Virus record (IMG/VR): IMGVR_UViG_3300025652_000043
Span: 19,042-83,041 of that record
Source of the DNA: a virus
DNA: 64,000 nucleotides
Reading direction: 5' to 3' (one strand)
Shown: one piece after another, positions 11,201 through 20,618 of the stretch
Layout of the letters: each line of letters begins with the position of its first letter
Position numbering within the stretch: the stretch's first letter is position 1
Notes under the pieces: generated by a model
Seen by the model: the letters and a program-made list of their open reading frames with translations, nothing else
Told to the model about the DNA's origin: nothing
Database searches by the model: none
Program-made: the position numbers and the translations under genes

Positions 11201-13265
11201 TGTAATAGAAGCTATGTTTGTTAAAACTGCAATTTATGCAGGTTTAGGGTATAATTTTACTTCTCAAATAATCAATAATGCTATAGGTAATTTTGCAGGT
11301 AGACAAAATGATGGTCTACTTTATTCTAGAGGCAATTATCCAAAAGCTCACTCTTATATGAGAACTTGGAAAAGAGCACATATAAAAGGTATGGGCTTTA
11401 GAGGTAAAAAAGCTATTGAAAACAGAAAACTAACTTTGACATTTTTAGATGGACTAGCTTTATATCAAAATTCAGCTAATGATATACAAAATATTGTTAA
11501 TGAGAAGAAATTTGACAGTAAACAGAGGTGGATTTCTCCACTTAAAGCAGTATCAATAACTGAAAGAGAAATACAAAGACCTCAAATATTAGCTATGTTA
11601 GGTGATATGAAAATTACAGATTCACAAGGTAATATACAGCCTATTTTTGATGTAAATAATCATAATAACCCTCATCCTGCTTTTGAATTAATTAATGGTA
11701 ATCTCAAATTAAAAACTGATAAAGATGCACAAGGAAAAAGCATTCCAGGAACAGGATTTGATACTCAAGAAAATAGAGACACTTGGATAAACAAAGTTTC
11801 TAAAGAATATTTAGAATCCTTTAGTGAGTCAGGTACAGTACCTAAAAAAATAGCTGTAATGAATGGTGATTATAGAGACACTTCTACAATCAAATTTAAA
11901 AGACACTTATTAGGTGCAATGGCTATGGTTTTTAAGACTTGGTATTCAGCATATATTTTAAGAAGATATGGAAACGCTTATGGGGTGTATACTAATATGG
12001 CTGATAATCATTCAATAAGGGTTTATACTAATTTAGCAATGAAAGGTGCATTGGCAGGTGCTTTATTAGGTACTGCAACAGCTTTTAGTCCTATTATAGG
12101 TGCAGGAATTGGAATATCAGTAGTGATGTTTAATAAAGCCCAAATGAAAACTAGGATAGAGGTTTTAATCACTAAGATTAAAAAAATGAATAGGACTCTT
12201 GAAGAAGATGTTCAAAAAGATATAGCTAAAATAGCTTTACTTAGTGATAAACTAGCTGAAATAAGTCTTTTATCTGGATTTAGATTGGGTGTCTTATCAG
12301 AAGTAGTTAAATCAACAGTGGGAACTGTTGCAGGAACAGGACTTAAATTAGCTCAATCAACTGTTCAAACACTCACTCCTGGAGGAAAAGCTATACTCAC
12401 TAATGAAATGATTGATAAGGCTCTGTGGATGAGTAAGAAGAAAGGAGAGACAGATGAAGAGTATGAGAAAAATTTAAATAGAGCACATTTCTTATTAGTT
12501 GAGTTGTCTACTACTTTAAAAATGTTAGGTATGAAAAGTTTAGCTCTTGTTTTTTTAAGTGATTTTGGAGATGATGAAGAAGATGAATTTGGGTCTGAAA
12601 CTAATTTTATTAAAAGAATTTGGAATCATCCTAAAATGGCTGCTTATTATGCTGTTACTAATCTTGCTACAAGATTTTCACAAGATATAAATTTAGATGT
12701 AGACCTTGTGTCTAATATAGGACTTATTAATCCTGATATTTTTAAAACTTTAAAAGAGAATTTAACAGCCGTTGGTAAAACAATGATAGGAGATACTAAA
12801 GTAAAAGGAGGTAAAAATGAAGGTAGATATAGAATGGCAGTTGAGTTTAATAAATATGTTCCTATGGGCATAAGAGAAATCACTACTGGTAATGTACCTT
12901 CTCTTGGATTTAAAGGTCTTACTGAAGAGAAAAAATACAATGAAAATTGGATGTCAGAAAGAAGGGATTCTGATGAAGAGCATTTTGATAATATTAAAAA
13001 GAAAACTAGAGCAAAGGAAAAACAAATATTCTTGGAGGATAAAATTGAAGAACATATAAAGAAATTTAAAAAAGAACCTGAAAAAGAAGATATAGAAACT
13101 TATGAAAAAAAGGCATTAAAATATATAAATGCAACATATCCCCCTCTTACTAACTATTTTAAAGAGGATGGGTCTGTTAAAACAGGTTTTGAAAATAAGT
13201 TAGTAAAATATGACACTGACAGAGTAGATGAAATTATAGAAAACAGAAAAAAGAAAAAAGAGTAA
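8295..13265 (+). CDS. Large virion cargo/ejection protein with hydrophobic Gly/Ala-rich C-terminal segments
   Basis: 1656 aa, coupled to the vRNAP gene (TAATG); Gly/Ala-rich hydrophobic stretch (GALAGALLGTATAFSPIIGAGIGISVV) suggests membrane insertion. Function inferred from synteny. Confidence 0.6.
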   Translation: MDCKIKFRKEAEKEAFDIAKSNGKIGSAKTKGLLVFYPVNKEGKVTKGKSAGEIAKRKVKEINAHFQSARFGASVTLNNGFNDGVGIDIKISEAYLDYLVAQNEKAIDMTLSREIQIEDAKRAGIEYDNRYLFDENLPGNQPPSNTNSPLTQKGMEFGEYYNRRLKAKNFIEQRAKVLKEMKGSQSLQKKREIKFFNDLKDKEENLLKRISGDIASLNTGSYVLDNFFTYFNSDISTINDMLNQNPSLENLMAAEEYMKTLRWVFSADILDSPFFAYGIDKLEGSTLQKFNTALNSFKKLDNKYVQKTNSMAMKVFKEADENATDLSEKEEVQKLIDLVHNSEISILEEYFLPLDGDGSKEDTIRALVRKIFDDSISKQEISYLQDRILNHKESLERELPVKKRSGFGLLSTTFDYSILKKTAKDGASRLISKYSSVWNGVLKNYNYKINSINLKLSKPNKTRTDYITIDKIRKSLFRELKNNGAAFIAIESLPEMQDSDMLESFERIETLFAIPKDNLRGRLEDTKKAEEYKERVIKQLQGKHGTRLVAEREYNNLIAEQKDKMLDLEIDLEKELNTALEKEAKNVYSELSIEKKQELANSYLSKSPFFLSKNLKEKGNSTITIPQYDQSTLEVSHSLEYTTFIPSKDNHFDKDFSDNIESNPVILEAWENFSSALKYINSNRKYMDNNKNRDTLDYIDSLIDTAKEHNLEIMANASAIKRALRPTKKFLYDASSAITEALGLRAHLTGTTQSLRTVLTSVDERIREIAQGSYSLLTANEIKLMSKYKNGILSDKAFEILQEQLGVTSNRIDPNTTLKRHIQDIIRERVYKSQDSNMTKDLIAQLGIVQEFKAKKEVETKLKFLRGLIQKIKVGSSITEKSNVAELVENFINTHLYGHSRRPTDKLKLYKSYTGEDKMYIEATRKAIEDLEEVLEMTQNESARRKIEADIKSLQKNIDNKGHLVTGQSVIEAMFVKTAIYAGLGYNFTSQIINNAIGNFAGRQNDGLLYSRGNYPKAHSYMRTWKRAHIKGMGFRGKKAIENRKLTLTFLDGLALYQNSANDIQNIVNEKKFDSKQRWISPLKAVSITEREIQRPQILAMLGDMKITDSQGNIQPIFDVNNHNNPHPAFELINGNLKLKTDKDAQGKSIPGTGFDTQENRDTWINKVSKEYLESFSESGTVPKKIAVMNGDYRDTSTIKFKRHLLGAMAMVFKTWYSAYILRRYGNAYGVYTNMADNHSIRVYTNLAMKGALAGALLGTATAFSPIIGAGIGISVVMFNKAQMKTRIEVLITKIKKMNRTLEEDVQKDIAKIALLSDKLAEISLLSGFRLGVLSEVVKSTVGTVAGTGLKLAQSTVQTLTPGGKAILTNEMIDKALWMSKKKGETDEEYEKNLNRAHFLLVELSTTLKMLGMKSLALVFLSDFGDDEEDEFGSETNFIKRIWNHPKMAAYYAVTNLATRFSQDINLDVDLVSNIGLINPDIFKTLKENLTAVGKTMIGDTKVKGGKNEGRYRMAVEFNKYVPMGIREITTGNVPSLGFKGLTEEKKYNENWMSERRDSDEEHFDNIKKKTRAKEKQIFLEDKIEEHIKKFKKEPEKEDIETYEKKALKYINATYPPLTNYFKEDGSVKTGFENKLVKYDTDRVDEIIENRKKKKE

Positions 13266-13284
13266 GGTTTTACCCTTACTCTTT
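13257..13284. terminator. Bidirectional intrinsic terminator at the convergence of the + and - blocks
   Basis: aaagagtaagg-ttttac-ccttactcttt hairpin with A tract to the left and T tract to the right, between convergent genes. Confidence 0.8.
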
Positions 13285-13288
13285 ATTT

Positions 13289-13546
13289 TTATGCCATATA
13301 TCCATAAGTACTAAGATTCATTTCTAACATATTAAATAATTCTTTTAATATGATATTTAGTCCAATTTCTCCTTCAATGTCTAATAATTCATCTGCATAA
13401 GTGGCTTCTTGTCTATATAATTGACCATTAGTAGTTATAGATAATACTACTAAAGTTGCAAAGATGTTTTCTTGTTCAGCTTTTGCTATAGTTACATCTA
13501 CTCCTCTTTCTTTTATTCTTAAAATAGTTTTAATTAAGTCTGACAT
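13289..13546 (-). CDS. Hypothetical protein
   Basis: 85-aa ORF on the coding strand of the block, ending at the terminator. Confidence 0.6.
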   Translation of the reverse strand: MSDLIKTILRIKERGVDVTIAKAEQENIFATLVVLSITTNGQLYRQEATYADELLDIEGEIGLNIILKELFNMLEMNLSTYGYMA

Positions 13547-13624
13547 TTATTGTAAGTATTAGAAATTAATTTTATATTTGAGTCTTGTTTATTTTTCTAT
13601 AAATAATCTGCTATTATTCAATTC

Positions 13625-13657
13625 AAAAGCCCAAAAATTTGTCTTTTTTGGGCTTTT
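13625..13657 (-). terminator. Intrinsic terminator
   Basis: aaaagcccaaaaa-tttgtct-tttttgggctttt inverted repeat. Confidence 0.65.
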
Positions 13658-13659
13658 AC

Positions 13660-13830
13660 TTATATACTAATTTCTAATTTTACACCTATCATATAATGAA
13701 AATTATTAGGTTTTAAATTGTAGGTCAATAAAATATAATCTATATAGTCAAAAGACTCTTCATCTCCTTTAGGATCTGGTGTACAAATAGTTCTACCTTC
13801 TATGTAGTCTAGTATTGTTAAGTATTTCAT
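13660..13830 (-). CDS. Small hypothetical protein (~56 aa, MKYLTILDYIEGRTICTPDP...), absent from the ORF track
   Basis: Manual translation; ATGA overlap with the dUTPase stop; ends just before a terminator. Confidence 0.55.
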   Translation of the reverse strand: MKYLTILDYIEGRTICTPDPKGDEESFDYIDYILLTYNLKPNNFHYMIGVKLEISI

Positions 13831-14330
13831 TCTTCTCCTGTGCTACCAAATCCACCATCACCTCTCTCAGTTATATCCAAGTTCTCCTGAACATTCCATA
13901 AAGCATGCTGAAATTTTGTTAATACTCCTTGAGCTAATCTGTCTCCTAAATTAATTTTACAAAGAAAAGGACTATTATTAATAAGAATAAGTCCTATTTC
14001 TCCTCTGTAATCTGAATCAATTATTCCTGGAGCATTAGCAACTATTAATCCCCTTTTTAATGTTAAGCCACTCCTAGAAACAATATTAAGGACATATCCT
14101 TCAGGGATTGCCATAGTAATGCCTGTTCCTATTAAAACTCTTTCAAACCCTCTTAAAGTGATATATCCCTCACTTGTAGATTGCTTTAATTTCTTATCTA
14201 AAGGAACTTCTTTATTTCCTTTAAATAATTTCTTAAAAGATTTAGCTCTCAAATCAAATCCTGCTGAACCTTCACTTTCATATTGAGGAGGAAATACTCC
14301 TTCCTCACATTTAATTTTTACTTTTAACAT
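13827..14330 (-). CDS. dut: Trimeric dUTPase
   Basis: Motifs AGFDL, RSG, GIIDSDYRGEI, RLAQ and RGDGGFGSTG. Confidence 0.97.
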   Translation of the reverse strand: MLKVKIKCEEGVFPPQYESEGSAGFDLRAKSFKKLFKGNKEVPLDKKLKQSTSEGYITLRGFERVLIGTGITMAIPEGYVLNIVSRSGLTLKRGLIVANAPGIIDSDYRGEIGLILINNSPFLCKINLGDRLAQGVLTKFQHALWNVQENLDITERGDGGFGSTGEE

Positions 14331-14386
14331 ACTTTTGTTCTTTTAGTTTAATTTTACTTATTCTGTAGGTATAAAAATACTATTTC

Positions 14387-14746
14387 CTATCCATTTAAAT
14401 AAGGTTTAATTAGATTAGTTAGTTTTTGAATAGTGTCAAAAAGATGATTTAACACTTTAATATTAGCTTCTGACTGTGGTTTCCATTCATATTTATACAT
14501 ATGATATCCCTCTTTACCATAAGTGTTTATGGACTTTTCTAGTGGAATTGTATCTGGAGTTATAATCATTATTGCATACACATTCTTTACAGTAAGGATT
14601 AAAGGTTTATTAATCTCTTTCATGTTTTTTATACTGTTTCCTCTAATAGATATGTATGTCTTATTAAAAGTATTATGTATTTCTAATCCTTTAGTTATTT
14701 CAGGATAAAAGAGGAATACACCCTCTTTAAAATCTGCTATCTTCAT
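14387..14746 (-). CDS. Hypothetical protein
   Basis: 119-aa ORF overlapping the upstream gene end. Confidence 0.55.
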   Translation of the reverse strand: MKIADFKEGVFLFYPEITKGLEIHNTFNKTYISIRGNSIKNMKEINKPLILTVKNVYAIMIITPDTIPLEKSINTYGKEGYHMYKYEWKPQSEANIKVLNHLFDTIQKLTNLIKPYLNG

Positions 14747-15410
14747 TTTCTAAAATTTTAATTAATCTTTTTCTAAACCATAAACCTTTAGGTACATTGT
14801 GAACAATATTTAAGATATATTTTTTATATCTTGTTGAACTCTCTTCAAGTTTAACTATTTTTTTTCTAAGAAGTTTTATCTGATCTAAGTGTCCTGTAAT
14901 TTCTTTATCTCTAATAACTAAAATTTTATTTGCTTTTTGAAGTTCTTCATTTCTAATTTGAAGCTCCTTTTTAATATCACTAAGAGTGTCTAAATCTCTT
15001 TTAGTATCTTCAGATAAAGATTTTTTAAGTTCCTTTTTAATGTCTCTGGTAACTTCATCTAAACCCTTTCTAGTTACAGTTCTATCTGTAGTAAATTCAT
15101 GAGTTTTAGTTTCAAAGAAAGTGTCCAAAAAAGTATAAAAACTTTCTTTATTGTAAACATGTTTTTCATTAGCCCTTAATCTTTGTAAAATTATATCAGG
15201 ATTATGATAAGTTAATTTGGTTTCTGAAGTTCTTTTTAAAACTTCTATAGTTACCATTTTATCGTTACCTCTTAAGAGCTTTATTTTTTCATCTTTTAAA
15301 GCTAATATTTCTAAATTATAAGCTTCATTTCTTGATACTGCCTTTTCAAGTAATGAAGCTTTTTGCTCCATTAATTTATACTCAGTCATATCCATTTCTA
15401 TTTTTGCCAT
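14727..15410 (-). CDS. Hypothetical coiled-coil protein
   Basis: 227 aa, Lys/Glu/Leu heptad-rich. Confidence 0.6.
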   Translation of the reverse strand: MAKIEMDMTEYKLMEQKASLLEKAVSRNEAYNLEILALKDEKIKLLRGNDKMVTIEVLKRTSETKLTYHNPDIILQRLRANEKHVYNKESFYTFLDTFFETKTHEFTTDRTVTRKGLDEVTRDIKKELKKSLSEDTKRDLDTLSDIKKELQIRNEELQKANKILVIRDKEITGHLDQIKLLRKKIVKLEESSTRYKKYILNIVHNVPKGLWFRKRLIKILENEDSRF

Positions 15411-15549
15411 TCTGTTATTCTTTTAAAATGTTATTTTTATTTTATAAAGTGTTCATTTATTACTACTAACAGAATAATACCTATTAATATTAGTATAATA
15501 TAAAATGAAACTTTAGCTTTTTGTTCGTACCTTTTTTCTTCTTTTGAGG

Positions 15550-15774
15550 TCACAATTTCTCTATTTCTTGTTTAACTTCTTCTAATTCTTCCATTCTATC
15601 AATTATAAATGACAGTTGAACTCTATCAGATTTTAATTCATCCCAAAATTTATATTCTCTATCCACACAAATCAATGCACATTTTTTAGTTCTATCAAAT
15701 CTAATAATAGTTCCATCTACTTTTCTAAATGTAAACCTATCAATTAACTCTTTTGCTTCTTCTTTTGGTGTCAT
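15550..15774 (-). CDS. Hypothetical protein (probable start MTPKEEAKEL)
   Basis: The track's start at 15810 lies inside a terminator hairpin, so the second Met is preferred. Confidence 0.55.
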   Translation of the reverse strand: MTPKEEAKELIDRFTFRKVDGTIIRFDRTKKCALICVDREYKFWDELKSDRVQLSFIIDRMEELEEVKQEIEKL

Positions 15775-15794
15775 AATTTCTATTATATTAAAAA

Positions 15795-15818
15795 AGGGGT
15801 AGCTTTTCAACTACCCCT
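15795..15818 (-). terminator. Intrinsic terminator after groEL
   Basis: ggggtag-cttttcaa-ctacccc hairpin with A tract on the + strand to the left. Confidence 0.7.
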
Positions 15819-15859
15819 AAAAACATTATCTAAAATTGAAGAGTTCCTAAATCAACCAT

Positions 15860-17485
15860 TTAGAATAATGAACCACCTTGACCTTGTGGCATAGGTGGAT
15901 TTTTCTCCATGAGTGTAGTAATAGTGCACTCTGTAGTTAACAGCATACCTGCTGCTGAAGCTGCATTTTCCAATGCAATTCTAGTTACCTTTACAGGGTC
16001 TATAATTCCAGCCTCTATCATATCAGCTTCATAAGAATTATTCCTTGCATTAAAACCAGAATTTTTCTTTCTTGATTTTAATACATTAGCAATAACTACA
16101 GAACCTTCTGCTCCTGCATTCTCTGCTATACATCTAATAGGGCTTTCAACAGCTTTTAGCACTAACTGTGCTCCAAGCAATAGAGTGCCTGTTAGAGGAC
16201 TTAAATCAACTTTGGCTCTAGCTTGTAAATAAGCTACACCACCACCAGAAACAATACCCTCTTCTAAAGCAGCCTTAGTTGCATTTTTAGAATCTTCTAC
16301 TCTGTCCATTTTCTCTTTCATTTCAGTCTCAGTAGGTGCTCCTACATAAATTACTCCTACACCACCTTTAAGAGAAGCTATTCTTTTTTTAAAGTCATTG
16401 GTTTCATAGTCATTTTCTGCACTTACCATTAAAGATTCAATTTCTTCTACTCTAAAGTTAATAATTTCAGGTTCACCTTTACCTCCTATTAAAATAGTGT
16501 CATGAAAATCAATCCTAACAGAGTCACATTTTCCAAAATCATCAGAAGTTACTTTATTCAAGTATTTACCTCTTTCTTTTGATACAATTTTACCTCCTAA
16601 AACAGTTTGAATATCTTCTAAATAGGCTTTTCTTCTTTCTCCAAATGCAGGTGGCTTTACTATAGCTACTTTCATTTGTCCTTCATAAGCATTAACCACT
16701 AAAGTTTCTAATGCTTGTCCTTCTACATCTCCTATAATCAACAAGGATTTTCCTTGTCCTATAGACTTATCTAAAATGTTTTTTAAAGGTGTACCAAAAC
16801 TATTAAGTTTATCTTCACACATAAGTACATATACATCTTCAAGGTGTACTTCACCTTTCTTTTTGTCATTGACAAAATAAGGAGAGATGTATCCTGAACC
16901 AAATTTCATACCTTCAGCAAGGTCTACATGAGTTGTAGTATCTTTAGATTGTTCTACAGATATAACACCTTCTTTACCTACTTTGGCATAAGCCATACCA
17001 ACTAATTCTCCTATTTCTTCATCATTATTAGAAGAAATAAAAGCAATTTGATTTAGTTCTTCATCTTCATTTCCTATTTCTACTGATAGTTTTTTAAGCT
17101 CATCAATAAGAAGTTCAGCTCCAATTTTAATACCTCTCTGTACTGCTACAGGGTTATGTCCATTAGAAATTAACCTCATACCTAGCTTAATAAGGGATTG
17201 AGTAAGTACTGAAGCAGTAGTAGTTCCATCTCCTGCTTTTTCATTAGTTTTAGATGCTGCAGCTTTTACAAATTGTGCACCCATATTTTGTAATCTATTA
17301 GGGAGTACAACCTCTCTAGCTACAGAAATACCATCTTTAGTAATTCCTGGATCACCAAAAGCTCTTTCAATCATTACATTTCTACCTTGTGGTCCTAAAG
17401 TCACTTTTACTGCATTTGCTAGGGCATCAACCCCTTTTTTCAATTGCTTCTTGGCTTTTTGTCCATGTACAATTTTTTTACTCAT
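15860..17485 (-). CDS. groEL: Chaperonin GroEL
   Basis: VKVTLGPQGRNV, TKDG, AGDGTTT, ALEEGIVSGGG, GIIDPVKV; 541 aa. Confidence 0.98.
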   Translation of the reverse strand: MSKKIVHGQKAKKQLKKGVDALANAVKVTLGPQGRNVMIERAFGDPGITKDGISVAREVVLPNRLQNMGAQFVKAAASKTNEKAGDGTTTASVLTQSLIKLGMRLISNGHNPVAVQRGIKIGAELLIDELKKLSVEIGNEDEELNQIAFISSNNDEEIGELVGMAYAKVGKEGVISVEQSKDTTTHVDLAEGMKFGSGYISPYFVNDKKKGEVHLEDVYVLMCEDKLNSFGTPLKNILDKSIGQGKSLLIIGDVEGQALETLVVNAYEGQMKVAIVKPPAFGERRKAYLEDIQTVLGGKIVSKERGKYLNKVTSDDFGKCDSVRIDFHDTILIGGKGEPEIINFRVEEIESLMVSAENDYETNDFKKRIASLKGGVGVIYVGAPTETEMKEKMDRVEDSKNATKAALEEGIVSGGGVAYLQARAKVDLSPLTGTLLLGAQLVLKAVESPIRCIAENAGAEGSVVIANVLKSRKKNSGFNARNNSYEADMIEAGIIDPVKVTRIALENAASAAGMLLTTECTITTLMEKNPPMPQGQGGSLF

Positions 17486-17750
17486 CTTCTTTTAGTTTAC
17501 AAATTAAATTATCTTCTGTTGTATGGATGTATTCTACACCCTCAATTGATACTTTAGAAAAGTCATACTGACCATATACTACTATATCTCCTATAGAGGT
17601 ATTTATAACCTCTTCACCTATTCCTACTACTTTACCTGCTAACTTTACAGTATCAGGTTCAACAGTATCAGGAATGATGTAGTCCTCATTTTCAGAGGAC
17701 TCATCTTCCATTTCTATGAGAATTCTTTTCCCATAAATACTTTCAATCAT
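17478..17750 (-). CDS. groES: Co-chaperonin GroES
   Basis: 90 aa directly upstream of groEL; IIPD, GKVVGIG, GDIVVY, IEGVEY pattern. Confidence 0.85.
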   Translation of the reverse strand: MIESIYGKRILIEMEDESSENEDYIIPDTVEPDTVKLAGKVVGIGEEVINTSIGDIVVYGQYDFSKVSIEGVEYIHTTEDNLICKLKEDE

Positions 17751-18348
17751 ATTTTGTTTTCTTTTTAGAATTAATAAATAATTTCAAATTAAAATACTCT
17801 TCTTCATCTTTCAAAGGAAGGTCTAATTCTCCAGTCCAATCATTATGTCCAACATTAGTTTTAAACATTTTGTTAATTTTTTCAACAAAAGGTTCAACAA
17901 GATTTGGATTTTTTAATAAAACATTTAACTCTTCTGGTCTGCTACTGAAAAGTTCAGATGCAACTTCAGAATCATACATTTTACTATAACTACTGATTTG
18001 GAAAAATTCATAAGTTTCTTTAAATTTTTCAGGTACTTTAATGACTATCATATGTAAATGTCCTTTGTGAATATCATCAAAAGGATAATCAAACTCATAA
18101 TAAGGTTGATGTCTCATCCACTGAATAGTAGCATTAAAATTTCTTCTTGAAAATTTAGTATCAATTAAAATGAAAATACTGTGTTCTATGAGTATGCCCA
18201 TATCTATAAGGGCAAAATCTCCTATACCTAAAGCTAACTTAAATAGATTGGTGAACTTCTTTTCAAAAGTTTCACCATAATCTATCAAAGTTGAAAGTAA
18301 ATATTTCTTAGTTTTATTGGTATAGATACTTCCTAACTGTATTTTCAT
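17743..18348 (-). CDS. Hypothetical protein
   Basis: 201-aa ORF tightly packed in the operon. Confidence 0.65.
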   Translation of the reverse strand: MKIQLGSIYTNKTKKYLLSTLIDYGETFEKKFTNLFKLALGIGDFALIDMGILIEHSIFILIDTKFSRRNFNATIQWMRHQPYYEFDYPFDDIHKGHLHMIVIKVPEKFKETYEFFQISSYSKMYDSEVASELFSSRPEELNVLLKNPNLVEPFVEKINKMFKTNVGHNDWTGELDLPLKDEEEYFNLKLFINSKKKTKYD

Positions 18349-18354
18349 TTCTAT

Positions 18355-19524
18355 TTAAATGATTAGGTCTCCATTATTTTCCATGACTACCTTATCCACT
18401 TCATATCCATTTTCCTCATGCCATTTATATAGCTCAAGAGCATATTCAAAACCTATAATAGGTTTATACTTAATAGGATGAAAAGGAGAATGAATTTGTC
18501 CTTTTTCTAAATCTGCTCTACTATGTGAAATTAAATATATTTCTGGTCTTCCATATTTACCTAAATCTAATTGTTCTTCAGATAGTGTAAACATTAGAGG
18601 TGACCCTTGAAAATATTGTGTTTCACCTGTCAACTTATTAGTTTTATACTTAGTAGTTTCAACCATAAACTTAAAAGGTAGTATTTCAAATTCTTCATTT
18701 ACTATTTCTTTTAATTCTATGAGTGTTTCCACATTTTCAGGGTTACTTAACAATGCATTAAGACCTTCTGTATAAAAAGAACCTTGGAAATTATATCCAA
18801 ATTTCTTAACTGCATCAGGGAATTCAACTGGAAATCCTGATGTTGTTTTAAGGTCAATTGGTAATATAGTTTCATTTAGAGTATCAACAATAACTATATC
18901 CAATAAAACTTTACATTCTACATCATCGTAGGTAAAGTATATTGGAACTTGAAAGAAGAAATTAACACCTAATGTACCTACTGTTTTAAGGTATTTACTG
19001 GTATACTTATTAGTTTCTAAAGACATAATAATATTACTTATGATATTTGATTCTACATCAGACAAAATCTGCTTTCCAAAAGCTAATTTTAAATCTTCAA
19101 AATAATCAAATCCCATTTCTGCAATTTTATTAATCCTAGTTTCTTCTTTCCATCTTGTCTGGTATTTATGGTCATCTGCAGAAGCTAGTATTGCATCAGA
19201 CCAACTATGTAGAGTTCCCACATCAATTGAACCTGAAACTTCAACAGCATGATCAAATACTTGATTAATCATACTCATAACTGTATCAGAGGGTTTTATA
19301 ATTCTAGACACATGATATTGCTCATTAAAAGCTTCCTTTCCTTGAGTTATCTGATAATCCACTGCTGAACCTATTACTAGATGTCCTTTTTCTTCATAGT
19401 ACATCTCTTGTTCAGTCTTTGCTAGAAAAGCTATTCCTCTTCTTAAATTCTTTAAATAAGAATTAGATGCTGCTTTTCTTTCAAAATAATCTATTACTTC
19501 TTCTTGTTTTCCTAATCTATACAT
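18355..19524 (-). CDS. PD-(D/E)XK exonuclease (exonuclease VIII/RecE-like)
   Basis: IGSAVD, KVLLD...IDLKTT and YNFQGSFY motifs. Confidence 0.8.
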   Translation of the reverse strand: MYRLGKQEEVIDYFERKAASNSYLKNLRRGIAFLAKTEQEMYYEEKGHLVIGSAVDYQITQGKEAFNEQYHVSRIIKPSDTVMSMINQVFDHAVEVSGSIDVGTLHSWSDAILASADDHKYQTRWKEETRINKIAEMGFDYFEDLKLAFGKQILSDVESNIISNIIMSLETNKYTSKYLKTVGTLGVNFFFQVPIYFTYDDVECKVLLDIVIVDTLNETILPIDLKTTSGFPVEFPDAVKKFGYNFQGSFYTEGLNALLSNPENVETLIELKEIVNEEFEILPFKFMVETTKYKTNKLTGETQYFQGSPLMFTLSEEQLDLGKYGRPEIYLISHSRADLEKGQIHSPFHPIKYKPIIGFEYALELYKWHEENGYEVDKVVMENNGDLII

Positions 19525-19952
19525 AAATCTGCTAGTTTTAAAAGTTCTTTAAAATCATTTAAAGTCATACTGACTATTTCATCAAATTCATTTCTTTTTC
19601 TTCCTCTACCAGTATCCTTTTTATGAATTAGAATATTCATATTCTTTAATTCAGGATAATGTGATGGAAAATTCTTCTTTACTTCTTCTTTAATTTTAGC
19701 CAACTCTTTGCTAACTATAAGACCTCTCTGTTTTCCAGCTTTAATCTGAATATTAAATGGTTCAGTAAAACATAAATCTATGCCTGAATCATCATGCAGC
19801 CTACTAGCTGCTCTTGAGGTTTTACATTTTTCAAATGCTGGTCCTAGTGCCCGAAACAAAGCAGCATAGTGCCTTTCAGCATCATGCCCCTTTGTTCTAT
19901 TCCTACTGCCTTGTGATCTAACTTTTCTCACAGGCTTATTCTCTTCTGCCAT
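19512..19952 (-). CDS. Holliday junction resolvase-like PD-(D/E)XK nuclease
   Basis: KGHDAER...GIDL...NIQIK pattern resembles Hjc-type resolvases. Confidence 0.65.
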   Translation of the reverse strand: MAEENKPVRKVRSQGSRNRTKGHDAERHYAALFRALGPAFEKCKTSRAASRLHDDSGIDLCFTEPFNIQIKAGKQRGLIVSKELAKIKEEVKKNFPSHYPELKNMNILIHKKDTGRGRKRNEFDEIVSMTLNDFKELLKLADLCID

Positions 19953-20618
19953 TTATATTGCCTTATTAAAAGCAAATAAATACTCTTTCATTTCTGTAAT
20001 AGACTTAAATTTAAGCCTTTTCAAGTTACTCTTAAAGCACCTATTCACTATATTATTAGTAATAATAACATCTACACCTTTATTAGAGTGAGGTAAAATT
20101 ATCTCTCTATAAAATTTATTGTAAATGGTTTTGTATTGTGCAGAGGTACAAAATTTATTTGACACAAGAATTGCAAATTTAGAATAGTCTAAGGGTCTAC
20201 CTTCCCTATCTTCTTCATGCATTTGCTTTGTATATTCAGTCTTAACAACAACAGAAAATAATATTTCTATATCTTCTTCAATTTTTCTAAAAAGAATACC
20301 TTTCATTGCAAACAATGGCTCTTCCATTGATTTAGTTTTGAAAGCATTAGGAACAGAATTTAAGTCTAAAAATTTATAAAGTAATTTATAACCTTTAGCT
20401 ACATTCTGTCCAGGAAGATAGTTTGGAACTCCATAATGAATTATTTTACCACTGTAGATACCCATATTTATAGTGGATGCCGTAATAGGTATATATTCAT
20501 TATCAGAGGAAATTCCAACAGCATTGCTATAAAACTCCACTGCTTCTCCTGCTCTTTCTTGTCTTTTTTTTAAATTAGAAAAATATTTGTCTCTTTTTAA
20601 TGTTATTAAGTCTATCAT
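19953..20618 (-). CDS. Hypothetical protein translationally coupled to the E1 gene
   Basis: 221 aa; ATGA overlap with the ThiF gene. Confidence 0.65.
   Translation of the reverse strand: MIDLITLKRDKYFSNLKKRQERAGEAVEFYSNAVGISSDNEYIPITASTINMGIYSGKIIHYGVPNYLPGQNVAKGYKLLYKFLDLNSVPNAFKTKSMEEPLFAMKGILFRKIEEDIEILFSVVVKTEYTKQMHEEDREGRPLDYSKFAILVSNKFCTSAQYKTIYNKFYREIILPHSNKGVDVIITNNIVNRCFKSNLKRLKFKSITEMKEYLFAFNKAI

Noticed and set aside
1239-12940. Short - strand ORFs inside the two giant + strand genes
   Set aside because: Antisense shadow frames with Ser/Phe/Leu-biased composition and no motifs.
15860-17485. Host chromosomal contamination suggested by groEL
   Set aside because: It overlaps the phage-embedded groES, shares the strand, codon style and CG avoidance of its neighbours, and has no flanking bacterial genes.
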